Source: Octopus sinensis
Taxonomy: Eukaryota
Direction: 5' to 3'
Assembly: GCF_006345805.1 (NCBI RefSeq)
Contig: NC_042998.1
Location: 132,556,001-132,620,000, forward strand
Length of the DNA: 64,000 bases
Part shown: one piece after another, positions 47,905 through 61,240 of the stretch
Numbering within the stretch: the first letter of the stretch is position 1
How the letters are laid out: each line of letters opens with the position of its first letter
Notes under the pieces: generated by a model
What the model was told of the DNA's origin: nothing
Databases searched by the model: none
Seen by the model: only the letters and a program-made list of their open reading frames with translations
Made by a program: the position numbers and the translations under genes

Positions 47905-48104
47905 TTTTCTTTTATTTGTTTCAGTCATTTGACTGCGGCCATGCTGAAGCACCGCCTTTAGTCGGACTTATTCTTTGTAAGCCTGGTACTTATTCTATCT
48001 GTCTCTCTTGCCGAACGCTAAGTTACGGGGACGTAAACACACTACCATCGGTTGTCAAGCGATGTTGGGGGGGACAAACACAGATACACAAACATATACA
48101 CACT

Positions 48105-48175
<71 letters not shown>

Positions 48176-48339
48176 GACGGGCTTCTTTCAGTTTCCCCGT
48201 CTACCAAATCCACTCACAAGACTTTGGTTGGCCCGAGGCTATAGCAGAAGACACTTGCCCAAGGTGTCACGCAGTGGGACTGAACGCGGAGCCATATGGT
48301 CGGTAAGCAAGCTACTTACCACACAGCCACTCCTGCGCC
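47905..48339 (-). mobile_element. SINE A with expanded internal (TA)n
   Basis: Ends ccactcctgcgcc; long (TA)n at about 48108-48172. Confidence 0.92.
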
Positions 48340-48787
48340 TATAAATATTGTTTAAGATCTGTGAACAAAACTATTATTGTTCTCTTTTGTTTTCATTTCA
48401 CCATTGTTTTAGTTGAGGTTTGTTGCTTTTTAATACCATTTTCCTGTTAACTTATTTCTTCTTGTTGTTTTTGTTTTGTTATTTATTTATCTATCTATCT
48501 ACCCCGGTTTATATTCTGTATGCGGGTGTCGTGAGGTAAATATCTCTTAATCAAACCGACTCTTTTCCATCGCCGGTTCAATCCTCGTTCTGAGCCAGTT
48601 GTTCAACTATTATTTAACTTATTGTCTTCAGCGGTAGAAATAGTGATAGGTAAGTGTGTGTGTGTGTGTGAGTGTGCAGTAATAAGGAAGCTATATTTTT
48701 CATCTGCTTAATATAAGAGACAAGGAAATACAGAAATCGTAGTAGACCGATCAAGAAGCCTTTATTATTTTTTTTCTTTTCAACCCT

Positions 48788-48990
48788 TTAACCTTCTAGT
48801 TACTCTGTCAAATGTAACGCTTATTTATTCACATTGTTTTGAACTGATCATGCATTTTCTCGCAGCTTCAAGATTTGGACGACGTGATTTAGTTTTAGAA
48901 TGACACTGTAGGGTAGGTGTGACAGGCTGGGTATGGCCAACTTGAACTTAAAACAAGTAGAATATTTGGGCCTGGTATGGCCGGTTTAAA
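48788..48990 (-). mobile_element. piggyBac-like MITE, reverse orientation, decayed ends
   Basis: ttactctgtcaaatgtaacgcttatttattcacattg ... gtagggtaggtgtg is the reverse complement of the 5822/8377 body. Confidence 0.65.
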
Positions 48991-49462
48991 ACGTGTTGCT
49001 TCTCTCATTTTGTACTGCTCTACTTTCTCTTTCATAATCCTCCTTTCCCACCCTCCTCTTCCTCCTCCACTTCTATCCAGTCCTTCTCCTCCCCCCTCCC
49101 TCCCAACACCCACACTTTTCCTCTCCCACGCTGACACCTTTCTATTTACGGTAAATTGGCGGTAGGGGGTACTTGCTAATTTACACCCACCTCTCGAGAG
49201 GTGTGCCCACCCACCGCCCTTTCAGACAGTGGTGGGAGATGAGAAAGGGAGTGTGGTGGTGGTAGTGGAGGCATTAGGTTAATTGTAGAGTGGTGTGGTT
49301 GGAGCAACCGAGAGAGTCTGTCTCTAACCCTAAACAGCTGCTTGGCTTTAAGGTCCATCGAGCTCCACTGTAAGCTCACTGCCTGTCTATTATGCATTCA
49401 CACACACACACACACACAACTCTAGCCCAAGATTATGATAATGGTGTGTGTGTATGTATGTG

Positions 49463-49498
<36 letters not shown>

Positions 49499-52426
49499 TA
49501 TAGTCTTGTGCGTATGAGTAAATAAAAGAACAATGATGTGGTGGTGGTGGTGGTGGTTAAAGGGCTGAGTACATGATGATGGGAAATGTGTGTAGAGTGT
49601 AGTGGGGGTAGGGATGCGATTGTTGTGGCAGGTGAGCTGATATATGTTGAGTGTGTGAATGCATGCATGTGTGTTATGTGTATATGTAGGCATATAATGT
49701 TTGTGTGTGTGTGTGTACAAACAAGCGTATATAAACACTCACACATACGTGAGCGATTGTAACGAATATGTGTAGACAAAAATCCTGAACACATAATAAC
49801 GTGCGCGAATTTGTACGCGTACACGCACACGCAAAACTATGTACACGTACGAATAAAATCACGTAGTCATAAGCGTATGTATAAATAGCACATAAAATGC
49901 GCGCATACATAGATACATACATACATACACATACATACATACACACACATACAACACACACACATACATACACACACATACATACACATACATACATACA
50001 TATATACATATGTACGTACGCATCCAAACAACCAACCGTAATACATAGAAATCTACATACACGCCTTCTGACAGTTTTTTTACCACTTGAGAAATTTCAC
50101 AAATGGTTTCGTTTATCTAATTAGGATTTAATTAATGTGAAAGAAAACGACAACGACGACGACGACTACAACAACAATAACAACGGCAATTACAGAACAA
50201 CAAGTATAATAAAAAAATAAAGTAGAGTGGAAAAAAGTATGGGGCGTGGTAAAAGGGAAAGAGTTTCAAGCTGATACCCAAGTGCCTAAGTTCAAACCGC
50301 CGTGATAAGAAGATGGATAAGATATGCTAGAGTATTTTATTATTTCCAGATTGAGGACCATGAAGGCGGTTGGGCGACTCTTGTTTAGTGCTGTGCTGAA
50401 CTTAAACGTTTAAACTTCGTAAAAGGGACGTTCTTAGCAGAGTCATTGTGTGCAGTAAGGTGGATGAAATATCTACCAACTACAATGGCTGTAGGATTAA
50501 AAAAAAAAAAAGTACCTTCAAGGGAGCTTTCCGTGGATATTTTCCTCCTTCGGCCATATCGCTGTGTTCTTAATTTATAATCAGAATCAGTGCATTCCTT
50601 TTATTTTCATGCAAACTGATTGTTCCTAGCTTCCTCAACAACGTAGAATGTTTCACTGAGCAGATCGTATTCCACTATATCTGTTGCTTTATCTTATTGG
50701 CTTTATAGATCAAAGCTACTCCAATATGTATTGCTTATATTAGCAGGAAAACCGCCCTTAGGATAGTTTATGTAATACGTATACTTTGTATGTTATCTCC
50801 ATTTTTCATATCCATAGTACCACATATTCCCGTGTCTTTTTTTTTTTTAACCCATAGTGTCAAAAAACTCCGACCAAATGATCTGATTGTAGTTATTTAC
50901 CTTGTTTCTTTTAGATTAAAAGAAATTAAAACCAAGAAAAAATTTTTATTTAACACGCCCATTCGTATTTCACTGACAATTCCTGAAGAATTTCATTTCA
51001 TCCCAGAACAGTGGAAGCGACGCTTATATTTGAAAAAAAAAAAAAACGTCTGTTAGCGCCATCATCTTTCTCCATTTTGGGCTAATATTTAAAAATCTGT
51101 CTTTCGAGTGGTATAACCTCCACATGTGGTCAGTCCTAGATTTATATGAATTGGTTCCCATTTATAGTCGGTGTTGGAATTTACTATGGATCTCGTCTCA
51201 TGGTTATATAAAATCCAAAGTACAAACATGACATACACCGAAGGAACTCGATCATCATCATCATTGTTCAACCGTGGTCGAGACTTTCATAGTCTTTTCA
51301 AATGGCTAATAATGTGTGCGCGCGCCACTACTACACACATTGGAAAGCATTGTACAACCAAGTACTAAAGAAGATCTTTCCTCCTCCATGAAACAAAGCT
51401 GTTCCCGCTGGGCGTCAACCCAGTATTTCTAAGCTACGGACCCAGTGATTTATTGTAAGGTTATCTCCCTAGATAGATTGCCTTCACTACGGCTAAGGGG
51501 CCCTTTCTACCCCAAGGAACTCGAAGCGTAACATAATCCAAGGGTAAAGTAATCCGGTGTGTGTGTGTGTAACCGGTGTTTGACACTATTCAGAATGGAC
51601 AGTCTTCTTAAGAGCCGATTACAATTCTGTCAAGTTCCTTCATAAAATAAGCTTTACAATAGTAAAGTAATCTCGTAGAAATTATACAACACCAAATGAC
51701 GAGCGATGACAAAGTTTGGTCAATTTTTGGAGTAGGAGTGAGGTAGATAAGTGAATTAGTAATACTGTAAAGTTAATTCTTTGAAGGAACTTAACTGAAT
51801 TAGAAATTGCTCTCGAGAGAAATACAGCAGGTAGGATCGGCGGTTATTTCTAGCTTTGGTACCAGACCATTAATATTTTATGGATCTTGGGAAGATGAAA
51901 GGCAAAATGCAGTCAGCTTGCGCGCGATTCGAACCCTGATTGTAAAAATACCACGATTACTTTCATTCCGATCTCTGTCTCTTCTGCCCATCGTTGTAAA
52001 CTAGTCACGGGCAAACTACGGCTTGAAGAACTTTGTGAACGTCACGTTCACTTTCGCGAAGGAAATAACGTCTTTTAGTAGCGCTGCCCGTTAGATGAGG
52101 AGCCACGTTTCATGCGGCCCGCTTCTCGAAAAACGTTGCTAATGCTTGCTTAACCATTCAGTGCTATACAGTACATCGATTCGTCTCTTCTTTGTTTCGG
52201 AAGGTTCTGGGTGTTTTGCGTCATGAGTTCAAAACTCGATGAGGTCGACTGTATTTCATCTTTATGGGGGTCAGGAAATAAGTTAAGTAGGCGTGTCGTT
52301 GCTTTGGCATTCCCCTATCATACAAGCACATGAAAGGGAACATACAGAAAGGGATGGGTGGCCGGATATGTATGTGCGTATGTAACTATCCCTCTTCATG
52401 TGTACATATCTTTCTGCGTGTATATA

Positions 52427-52823
52427 CTCTTTTACGTGTTTCAGTCATTTGACAGCGGCCATGCTGGAGCACCGCCTTTAATCGAGCAAATCGACCCCGG
52501 GACTTATTCTTTGTAAGCCCAGTACTTATTTTATCGGTCTCTTTTGCCGAACCGCTAAGTAACGGGGACATAAACATACCAGCATCAGTTGTCAAGCAAT
52601 GCTAGGGGGACAAACACAGACACACAAACACACACGCACATATATATATATACATATATACGACGGGCTTCTTTCAGTTTCCGTCTACCAAATCCACTCA
52701 CAAGGCTTTGGTCGGCCCGAGGCTGTAGTAGAAGACACTTTCCCAAGGTGCCACGCAGTGGGACTGAACCCGGAACCATGTGGTTGGTAAACGAGCCACT
52801 TACCACACAACCACTCCTGCGCC
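52427..52823 (-). mobile_element. SINE A
   Basis: Full reverse-strand copy, near consensus. Confidence 0.92.
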
Positions 52824-52864
52824 TATATATGTGTGCGTGCGTGCGCGTGTATACATACACACAT

Positions 52865-52874
52865 ATATGTGTTG

Positions 52875-52905
<31 letters not shown>

Positions 52906-52984
52906 GTAGATATATGTATATATATATATTGTATATATATGTTATATGTTATGTATATATATGTTAGATATATATGTATATATG

Positions 52985-53015
<31 letters not shown>

Positions 53016-53029
53016 GTATATATAATATG

Positions 53030-53094
<65 letters not shown>

Positions 53095-53096
53095 GA

Positions 53097-53157
<61 letters not shown>

Positions 53158-53288
53158 ATTTATATATATATATATATATTGTTGTATATATATATTATCT
53201 AGGTATATATATATAATATAATGTATATATATATATGTATATATATATATTATATATGTATATATATATATAGTAGATTATATATATG

Positions 53289-53323
<35 letters not shown>

Positions 53324-53520
53324 TGTATGTAATATGTATGTATATTGTATATATATATGTATATATATATATATATGTATTATATATGTATATATGTATA
53401 TATATATATGTATATATATATGTATATCTATATGTATATATATTATATATATATATGTATATATAATATATATTATATATACACATATGTTGTGGGTATG
53501 TATATATTATATATATGCTA
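52865..53520. repeat. About 650-bp degenerate (TA)n tract
   Basis: Direct reading. Confidence 0.95.
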
Positions 53521-53686
53521 TAACGGAAGCCTAACACGGATCTTGAGATCCAGCCTTTTCTGTGATCTTGTAACCTAATGGTCGACTAACTATAGCACTA
53601 ACCCAGCGTGCCAATTCGTTTAGATCACAAGTGAACTAAACACTTCATATTGTTTATGTGTGTGTATACATACATACATATATATA

Positions 53687-53730
<44 letters not shown>

Positions 53731-53802
53731 ATAATATATATATGTAGGTCCCCGGTTGATCCCGGGTTTAACCCAGTAAGTAAGGTACTCAATACATAGC
53801 AT

Positions 53803-54775
53803 AAAATTAATTTATTATATAGAAGGAGCTTCTAGACAGTACTAGTACTGTTTCATTCAAGAAAATCTTCAGGAAGCTATTTAACGATTATATTAGCATT
53901 TATACATTTAGGCAGGTTTAAAGGAGTGGTGGTGGGGGACTTTTTTGGGTAGGCATAGCGCAAAAAATATCATACTTGGGGGAGTGGTCAAGAGTCAGTG
54001 GTAAGTTAGATGAAAGATAGATAAATAAAAAAATAAAAAAATAAAAAAATAAAAAAATAAAAAAATAAAAATAAAAAAATAAAAAAATAAAAAAATAAAA
54101 TGTGTGCACATACATACATAAAACACATATACATACACACACACATACGTACACATGTGTGCCTATACATACCTACACATACACCATACACATACATACA
54201 TATATATATATACATATACATACATATATATATATATATTATAATATTATATAATATACATATATATACACAATCCAATCAGGCCCATTCCCTAATTTTA
54301 ATTTTATTATCTTCATTTTTCTTGTTATCTTTGATCGCTAGAGCTAAGGATCCTGGCGATGGCAGCATGTCCAAATTGTCTGTCTACTAGAAGGCAAGTA
54401 CTTCGTTCCCGCACGCACACTCATTAGCACGTACATACACCCATCGTACACTCATCACATACACGACGCACGCGTTATATTCATACATCAAACATCATTT
54501 TTTTTTTTTTTTAATTTTTTATTTTTATTTTTTATTTTTTATTTTTTTTATTTTTTATTTATCTATTCTTTCATCTAACTTACCACTGACTCCTTGACCA
54601 CTCCCCCAAGTATGATATTTTGCGCTATGCCTACCCCCAAAAAAGTCCCCCAACCACCACTCCTTTAAACCTGCCTAAATGTATAATGCTAATATAATTC
54701 TTGTTAAATAGCTTCCTGAAGATTTCTCTTGAATGAAACGTACTAGTCCTGAAGGCTCCTTCTATATAATAATTA

Positions 54776-54779
<4 letters not shown>
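53803..54779. repeat. About 300-bp inverted duplication (53803-54100 vs 54490-54779) with A-rich inner ends
   Basis: ggcaggtttaaaggagtggtgg...gagtcagtggtaagttagatgaaa is mirrored by tttcatctaacttaccactgactc...ccaccactcctttaaacctgcc. Confidence 0.9.
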
Positions 54780-54810
<31 letters not shown>

Positions 54811-54998
54811 CATGTATAGCTGTAGGAGTGAATGTGTGATAAGTAGCTTGTTTTCTAACCACTGTTCCGGGTTCATCCCCTGCGTGGCACTCAAAGGCCT
54901 TCTGGGTGGATTGGTAGACTTAAACTGAAACAAGCCTGTCGTGTGCGTACGTATGTATATATAATATAATATATATATATAATAATATATATATATAT

Positions 54999-55390
54999 GG
55001 CGCAGGAGTGGCTGTGTGGTAAGTAGCTTGTTTACCAACCACATGGTTCCGGGTTCATTCCCACTGCGTGGCACCTTGAGTGAGCAAGTGTCTCTACTAT
55101 AGCCTCGGCCGACCAAAGCCTTGTGGAGTGGATTTGGTAGACGGAAACTGAAAGAAGCCCGTCGTATATATGTATATATATATGCGTTTGTGTGTCTGTG
55201 TTTTTGTCCCCTAGCATTGCTTGACAACCGATGCTGGTGTTTTATGTCCCCGTTACTTAGCGGTTCGGCAAAAGAGACCGATAGAATAAGTACTGGGCTT
55301 ACAAAAGAATAAGTCCTGGTGTCGAGTTGCTCGACTAAAGGGCGGTGCTCCAGCATGGCCGCAGTCAAATGACTGAAACAAGTAAAAGAG
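54999..55390 (+). mobile_element. SINE A (indel-noisy), preceded by a noisy 5' half (54808-54945) and followed by a 3' half (55412-55608)
   Basis: ggcgcaggagtggctg ... gaaacaagtaaaagag. Confidence 0.9.
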
Positions 55391-56147
55391 TATATATATA
55401 TGTGTGTGTGTGTTTGTCTCCCCCCCCCCAACAACCGATGCTGGTGCGTTTACATCGCGTAACTTAGCGGTTCGGCATAAGGGACCGATAGAATAAGTAC
55501 TAGGCCTACAAAGAATATGTCCTGGAATCGATTTGCTCGACTAAAGGCGGTGCTCCAGCATGGCCACGGTCAAATGACTGAAACAAGTAAAAGAATAAAA
55601 GAGAGAGAGTATATAAACACCGCATTGTACTGTGTGTATCCTTGAGTTAATAAAAAATTAATTTACAGCCGAAAATAGTGATATTTTTCTACGAACTTGG
55701 AAAATTTTCTAGTTTGTGTGTATCTGGTGTTAACTTTCTGATCTCAAGTATATATACCCAATAAATTATGTAGTATCGGAGATTCACTACCTTGTTTGAC
55801 TTCCGTAGGCTATACTCTTTTTTTTTTTCTTCTTTTTCTTAACATAGCCTGGTTTTGTTTTGATTTAAAAAAGAAACAAACAACTTATGTAATTATATTT
55901 CGTATCCATGTTTGCTATCTTTCCATTTTGAAATAATAAGAGAATGGGATAAAAGCGATATGTTCAATTTTTTTTTACTCTCTCTACTGTATGATTTACA
56001 GATAGTCGGTTTGGGTTGTCTAGTCAAGGGGGACAACTGTTGTTGGTATTTATACGCTCGCGTTGCAATGAATAAAAGTTTTCTGCTGTCTCGAACACAT
56101 ACTTAAAAGAAAAGGGCCTGATAGAGTAAACTAACTCACACACACAC

Positions 56148-56191
<44 letters not shown>

Positions 56192-56217
56192 GATAAATAT
56201 AATATATATACATAACA

Positions 56218-56262
<45 letters not shown>

Positions 56263-56544
56263 CACATACATATGTATATGTATACACACACTCACAGAAA
56301 ACATACATATTATCGTCCTCGATACACTACTTAAAAAAATGTTGGACTCGTTATAACTGGAACATCTTCCATAATGGGCCTACTAGATAAGGCCTAAAAC
56401 TGTCAGGTGACTCAAAAATTCCTAACTGTTGTCGCTTCATATATATATATATATATTATATATATATATATCGTAAAGTGAGAGGTCTAAAATATCTTGG
56501 AAAATGTTTTATGTAGTCCAAGCATTATGTGAAGCAGAATTCAT

Positions 56545-56739
56545 TATGGAGTTTGAAGCGGCGGTTAAGTGGTGGTGGTTATTCGATTATATTGGCTCCA
56601 GTATTTGACTGGTACTTGAAAAGGATGAAAGGCGAAGTTCAAACCTCGCAGGATTTCAGCTCAGAACATAAGGAGTTGGGTAGAATACTGCGAGGTATTT
56701 TGTCCAACGCTCTCAATGATTCCCCTAGTGTATTGCCCC

Positions 56740-56740
<1 letters not shown>
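56545..56740 (-). mobile_element. Decayed SINE B
   Basis: ccagtatttgactggtact...aaaggatgaaaggcgaag...ctcagaac. Confidence 0.65.
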
Positions 56741-56776
<36 letters not shown>

Positions 56777-57348
56777 CTTGATGCAGTATCAGGCAGTGAC
56801 TCTCATTGCTTTTGATCTTAAATAATTGGAAGTGTTATCATGTACGTTGTTTTGTCTTGGTATAAAAGATGGGCTCAGCAAATATTCTGCTCAATACTAC
56901 AGATTTGCTTGTCAGTTGTTGACCTTAACCAGTTGAGCATGTCCCTTAGTGGCTGACAATATGTGCATCTTTGATCACGAACAGAAGTAGCGGGGAGCAT
57001 CATAGCCATGTATTGAGGGGAATTCTTTGGGGTTTGAATAATTCACTTCTGGAAATACAGGTATTTTGTTCATCATCTTTAAACAAACTTTATTCAAGGA
57101 CCACTTGAGCGGGATGGGCTACTCGACCCGAAGAAAATTCTAACTGGGCCCCACTTGCAAGGTCATGCACTGTTTGTTTTGATATAAGATCACCATGTTG
57201 TGCACATAGGGCTGTGATGCATATGCCTGGTGTGCCCTTATCAGACAGGTAATCACGATGTGTATATTGGGGTTCGCATATTTTATCCCAGTGTCACTCT
57301 GGTGGCATGCGCCGCTCTCTCCCAATAATAATAATAAATAATAATAAT
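56777..57348 (+). mobile_element. TAA-tailed retroposon family C (longest copy)
   Basis: Between (AAT)n 56741-56776 and (AAT)n 57324-57348; colinear with the 45146 copy from taaaagatgggct onward. Confidence 0.8.
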
Positions 57349-57705
57349 ACTTTCAAATTTATAGGGGGACTTTAGTCAATTCTGCTATATATTTCAGTTG
57401 TCTTCGCTTTTGTTCCGTAGTTGTGTTTGTTTAAAAAGTGACGCTGGAAGACAGTTTATTAAGATAGGTATGTGGGAACAGGCAGAATCATATTTATCGT
57501 AGACGATAATTTGTAGCAGTGTTGTAAGTTTGTATGTATACGTGTCTCATAGAAAATCTAACAGCAACATAAATATATAGACATGGCTGTGCAGTAAGAA
57601 GTTTGCTTTACAAACATACAAACAATATGCCAACTTTGCCAACACACAACCCCCTAGCTCTGCTCAGTTATATTCGTCTTGACAAGCAGCCGAATCGGCT
57701 ATGCT

Positions 57706-57737
57706 TCGATGAGATCAAATAAGACCGAAACATGCCC
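57706..57737 (+). ncRNA. Strongly decayed minimal hammerhead-like motif
   Basis: tcgatga-gatc aaataa gacc-GAAA-CATG-cc: GAAA plus palindromic CATG loop, but the core, stem II and cleavage triplet are all mutated. Confidence 0.3.
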
Positions 57738-58089
57738 CGGAGTTATCACCTAACATATTACAGATTAGTGTCTCTCTCTCTCCGCTAGGAATAAACGATT
57801 AATTTATAGTGGGGACAGTTGTAAGGTAATAAAGTTCATAGGATAATCGTTTATTGCTTTGTCAAACTTTTAGAAACTCGCAGCGTGTCTAGATACCGTT
57901 TATGAGGATATAGGCGCGTCCTCAGAGAATCATTGCTGTACACGGTGCGCGTGGTCCTTTAACAAGTTAGAAATTGCAGTTAAAATACCCTTAAAATCAC
58001 ACACTCTACTGCCTTAAAGAGAGAGACAGGCAGAGAAGCCAATGTTTCTGAGATGAGGTAAAATAAAAAAAAAACTTAACTGGTTGGCC

Positions 58090-58232
58090 ACAGTTTGAAA
58101 CAGGTTCAGTGACGTCGCAACTCATTTCTACAGCTGAGTGAACCGGATCAACGTGAAATGAAGTGTCTTGCTCAAGAACACAACACGCAGCCCAATGCGG
58201 AGAATCGAACCCACAACTTCGCGATTCACAAC
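58090..58232 (-). mobile_element. tRNA/CORE-like SINE (family D) fragment
   Basis: caacgtgaaatgaagtgtcttgctcaagaacacaac ... gaatcgaaccc (reverse B-box). Confidence 0.7.
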
Positions 58233-58439
58233 ACACACACGCACACACGGGATGGTCGTAGAGGGAGAGAGAGCCTTTGCTCAAAATCTGCTAGATCAGG
58301 GTCGCTTTGGGCCCTAAACAACCACAGTATTTTCGAATTTAGCGTTGAGTGCGTGCGTGCGTGTGTGCTTCTCGTTCCAAAAACTGCACATGGAACTTTG
58401 CGACTTTGCATATTTGTGTGACTTGATCAATTTGACTGG

Positions 58440-58816
58440 GGTTTTCTCCCCCTCTTCTCATCGCTATTTTCATCTTTCTCTGCCCGACCTTTTCTCTCTC
58501 CCTCGCTCCATCTCATTCTCATATTTCTTTTGTCATGGACTCTATTATCCTACTCCTATTCTCTCTCATATTTTCTCTTCATCTTTCACACACACACATT
58601 ATCTCTAGCTCTACATGCTTCTTATGTGTCTGAACGCCCAGCTTCTCTCTCTTCATCGTGGTCTAACTCATGTTCTCTCTCCCTCCCCCCTCTCTCTCTC
58701 TCTCTTTTTCTACGGCTCTTTCTGTCTGTCTGTCTGTTTACCCTCCCCTCCCCCGCTCTGTCCATCCTTGTCTGAATGCTTGCTTTTTCATCTTTCTCCT
58801 CTCTCCCTCCCTCACT
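58440..58816 (+). repeat. Polypyrimidine tract
   Basis: C/T-rich low complexity. Confidence 0.85.
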
Positions 58817-59848
58817 AATCTGTAGAAGTCACAACGTGTTTTATGTGTCTGTGTGTTCGCGCCTAAATTATTACATACACAAGGCGAGGTGAAGCAAGTA
58901 CCTGGAGTAGTGTAAAAGAGGCGGATGGTTGGGTGGGCAACTGGGTAGGTAGGATACTGACTGACTGGGTTGGTCGGTTGATTGATTCGGGGATGAGGAG
59001 GTGTTATCGTAACGTACAGTGGCGGAAGTTGTACACACGCACACACACATCATTCATATATATACGTATATATAATATTGAATGTGTGTGTGGTGTTAAA
59101 TGCGTGCTTTATTTATTTTGAAACCTCGTCTCTGATTGGTCAGCTTGTTTATTTGCTAAAATCACTTCGCAGTAGTTGTGTGTGTGTGTGTGTGGAATAT
59201 GCATACGTTTACCTGCGCGTGGGGGTGTTTCCCATTTACAGGATTAACGAACAAATTATTGGTACCTCAATGCCACTAATGTTAACCACCATTATTACTA
59301 CTATCACTAGTAGTAGTAGTAGTAGTAGTTATTGCTATGTATATATATACTATTATTTTCTGTTAATATTTGCAACCGCCATAATTACAAACACCACTAC
59401 GATTATAACCATTATTTCTAATTTAGGCACAAAGCCAACGGTTTCGAGGGTGGGGGGAATTTAGTCGGCTGCGTCGAACCGTCCCACCCCCACCCTCTTA
59501 CAAGAATTGAAAGGCAAAGTGGACCTGTACGAGATATGAAACTCAAAATGTAGAGACGGGTTTTTCTTTTGTGGGGCAGCGGATTAGCAGGATCTTAGAG
59601 GGCTGTCGCATTTTTGTTTTTTTTTTACCTGGATCTTTTTACGTTACGGTTTCAAATCTCGTCGTGGTCAGATTGAAACTTTTCATTCTTCGGCGGTGGG
59701 GTTCTATAAAATAAAAGCAGCAGCCAAGTCTTTGGGGGTGAGTTTAAGCTAAATTACTAGTCGAGTTACTTGGAGGAGGCGATTTTAATCGGATAATCCA
59801 CATTAGCCGTAAGACTCAGATCCTTGCATAACAGCAGAGCCCCGAAAT

Positions 59849-60117
59849 CAGTGGTTCTTCGACATATTTTTTCTTTATTTTATTTTTTTTTTTTACCTAT
59901 GGATCCCTTTGATTCATAGGTGAAAAAATTTTGAGGGTTGGACCCTCATGAACATTCGATGTTTACGAAAATCGTATTATATCGATTTTGTTAAATATTA
60001 TTAGGAAATGTATTTAGAAATGTTTAAATATTTTGTATATTTCCTAAGTGTAACCACATTTATTTCATATAAATCTTAATTACAAAATCTTATATGGACT
60101 CCGGTTGAGAGCCATTG
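59849..60117. mobile_element. hAT/Charlie-like MITE
   Basis: Termini CAGTGGTTCTTCGAC ... GGTTGAGAGCCATTG resemble CAGTGGTTCTCAAC-type TIRs; no intact 8-bp TSD visible. Confidence 0.5.
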
Positions 60118-60140
60118 TCCTCGACAATAAGTTATCCAAG

Positions 60141-60477
60141 TGGCATACTGTTTGGAGAACATGGTTGTCACATCGGTGTTACATCTTGCCATCCGCCCAT
60201 ATGTGGTTATGCCATGGTAATCCCTGGACATCGCTGTCTCGAGTCCGCTTAGAACTCCCAAAGGGCCGGTTATCCGGTCTCCATGTGACTGTCCCCTAAA
60301 CGGACGCCAGTCTGTCAAAGAGATACTAGTTTACAGTACAGCTGTATGAACTGGAACAACATGGAAAATGGAATGATTTTGCTCGGGAACCCAAACGTAC
60401 TGCCTGATTCAGGAATCGAAATCCCGATGTTGCGATCGTGGGTGCAATACTTTATCCACTGGGCCACGCACTTTCAT
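60141..60477 (-). mobile_element. tRNA-headed SINE with V-domain-like centre
   Basis: Minus strand: gtgcgtggcccagtgg head, gatttcgattcc B-box, gacagactggcgtccgtttagggg...gagaccggataaccggccc resembling V-SINE central domain (recalled). Confidence 0.5.
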
Positions 60478-60661
60478 ATGCTTACCTTCAAAAGCGGATC
60501 CCGTTTAAAATAAAAATTACAAAAGAACAAAGCAAAATGGAATATTATATAGTTTCCTTTTCCTATAAAAATTACATTTGTTTAATTACTATATGAATAA
60601 TAATAATAACAATTCTTTTATTGACTACAAGGGCTAATATATAAATTATACATAAGACAAA

Positions 60662-60985
60662 AATAGTCCTTTCTACTATATGCACAAAGCCTGAAATTGT
60701 GGGGAAGGGGGATAGTCGATAACATTGATCCAGTGTTTCACTGGTACTTAATTTATTGACCCCGAAAGGATGAAAGGCAAAGTTGACCTCGGCGGAATTT
60801 GAACTCACAACATAGCGACAGACGAAATACCTATTCCTTTACTACCCACAAGGGGCTAAACACAGAGAGGACAAACGGATTAAGTCAATTATATTGACCC
60901 CAGTGCGTAACTGGTACTTGTTTAATCGACCCCGAAAGGATGAAAGGCAAAGTCGACCTCGGCAGAATTTGAACTCACAACATAG
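60662..60985 (-). mobile_element. Two fused SINE B copies (short-tail 60662-60830; long-tail 60828-60985)
   Basis: Junction gacgaaatac/ctattcctttactacccacaagggg; both copies carry gaactcacaacatag. Confidence 0.88.
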
Positions 60986-61240
60986 ACGGAAACTGAAAGA
61001 AGCCCGTCGTATATATGTATATATATATATATATATGTGTGTGTGTCTGTTTGTCCCCCTAGCATTACTTGACAACCGATGCTGGTGTGTTTATGTCCCC
61101 GTTACTTAGCGGTTCGGCAAAAGAGACCGATAGAATAAGTACTGGGCTTACAAAAGAATAAGTCCCGGGGTCGAGTTGCTCGATTAAAGGCGGTGCTCCA
61201 GCATGGCCGCAGTCAAATGACTGAAACAAGTAAAAGAGAG
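60983..61240 (+). mobile_element. 5'-truncated SINE A
   Basis: Starts tagacggaaactg, sharing tag with the adjacent SINE B. Confidence 0.9.

Noticed and set aside
54631-55434. 267-aa ORF, the longest in the track
   Set aside because: Antisense read-through of SINE A copies plus microsatellite; the same peptide blocks recur in every SINE A-derived ORF.
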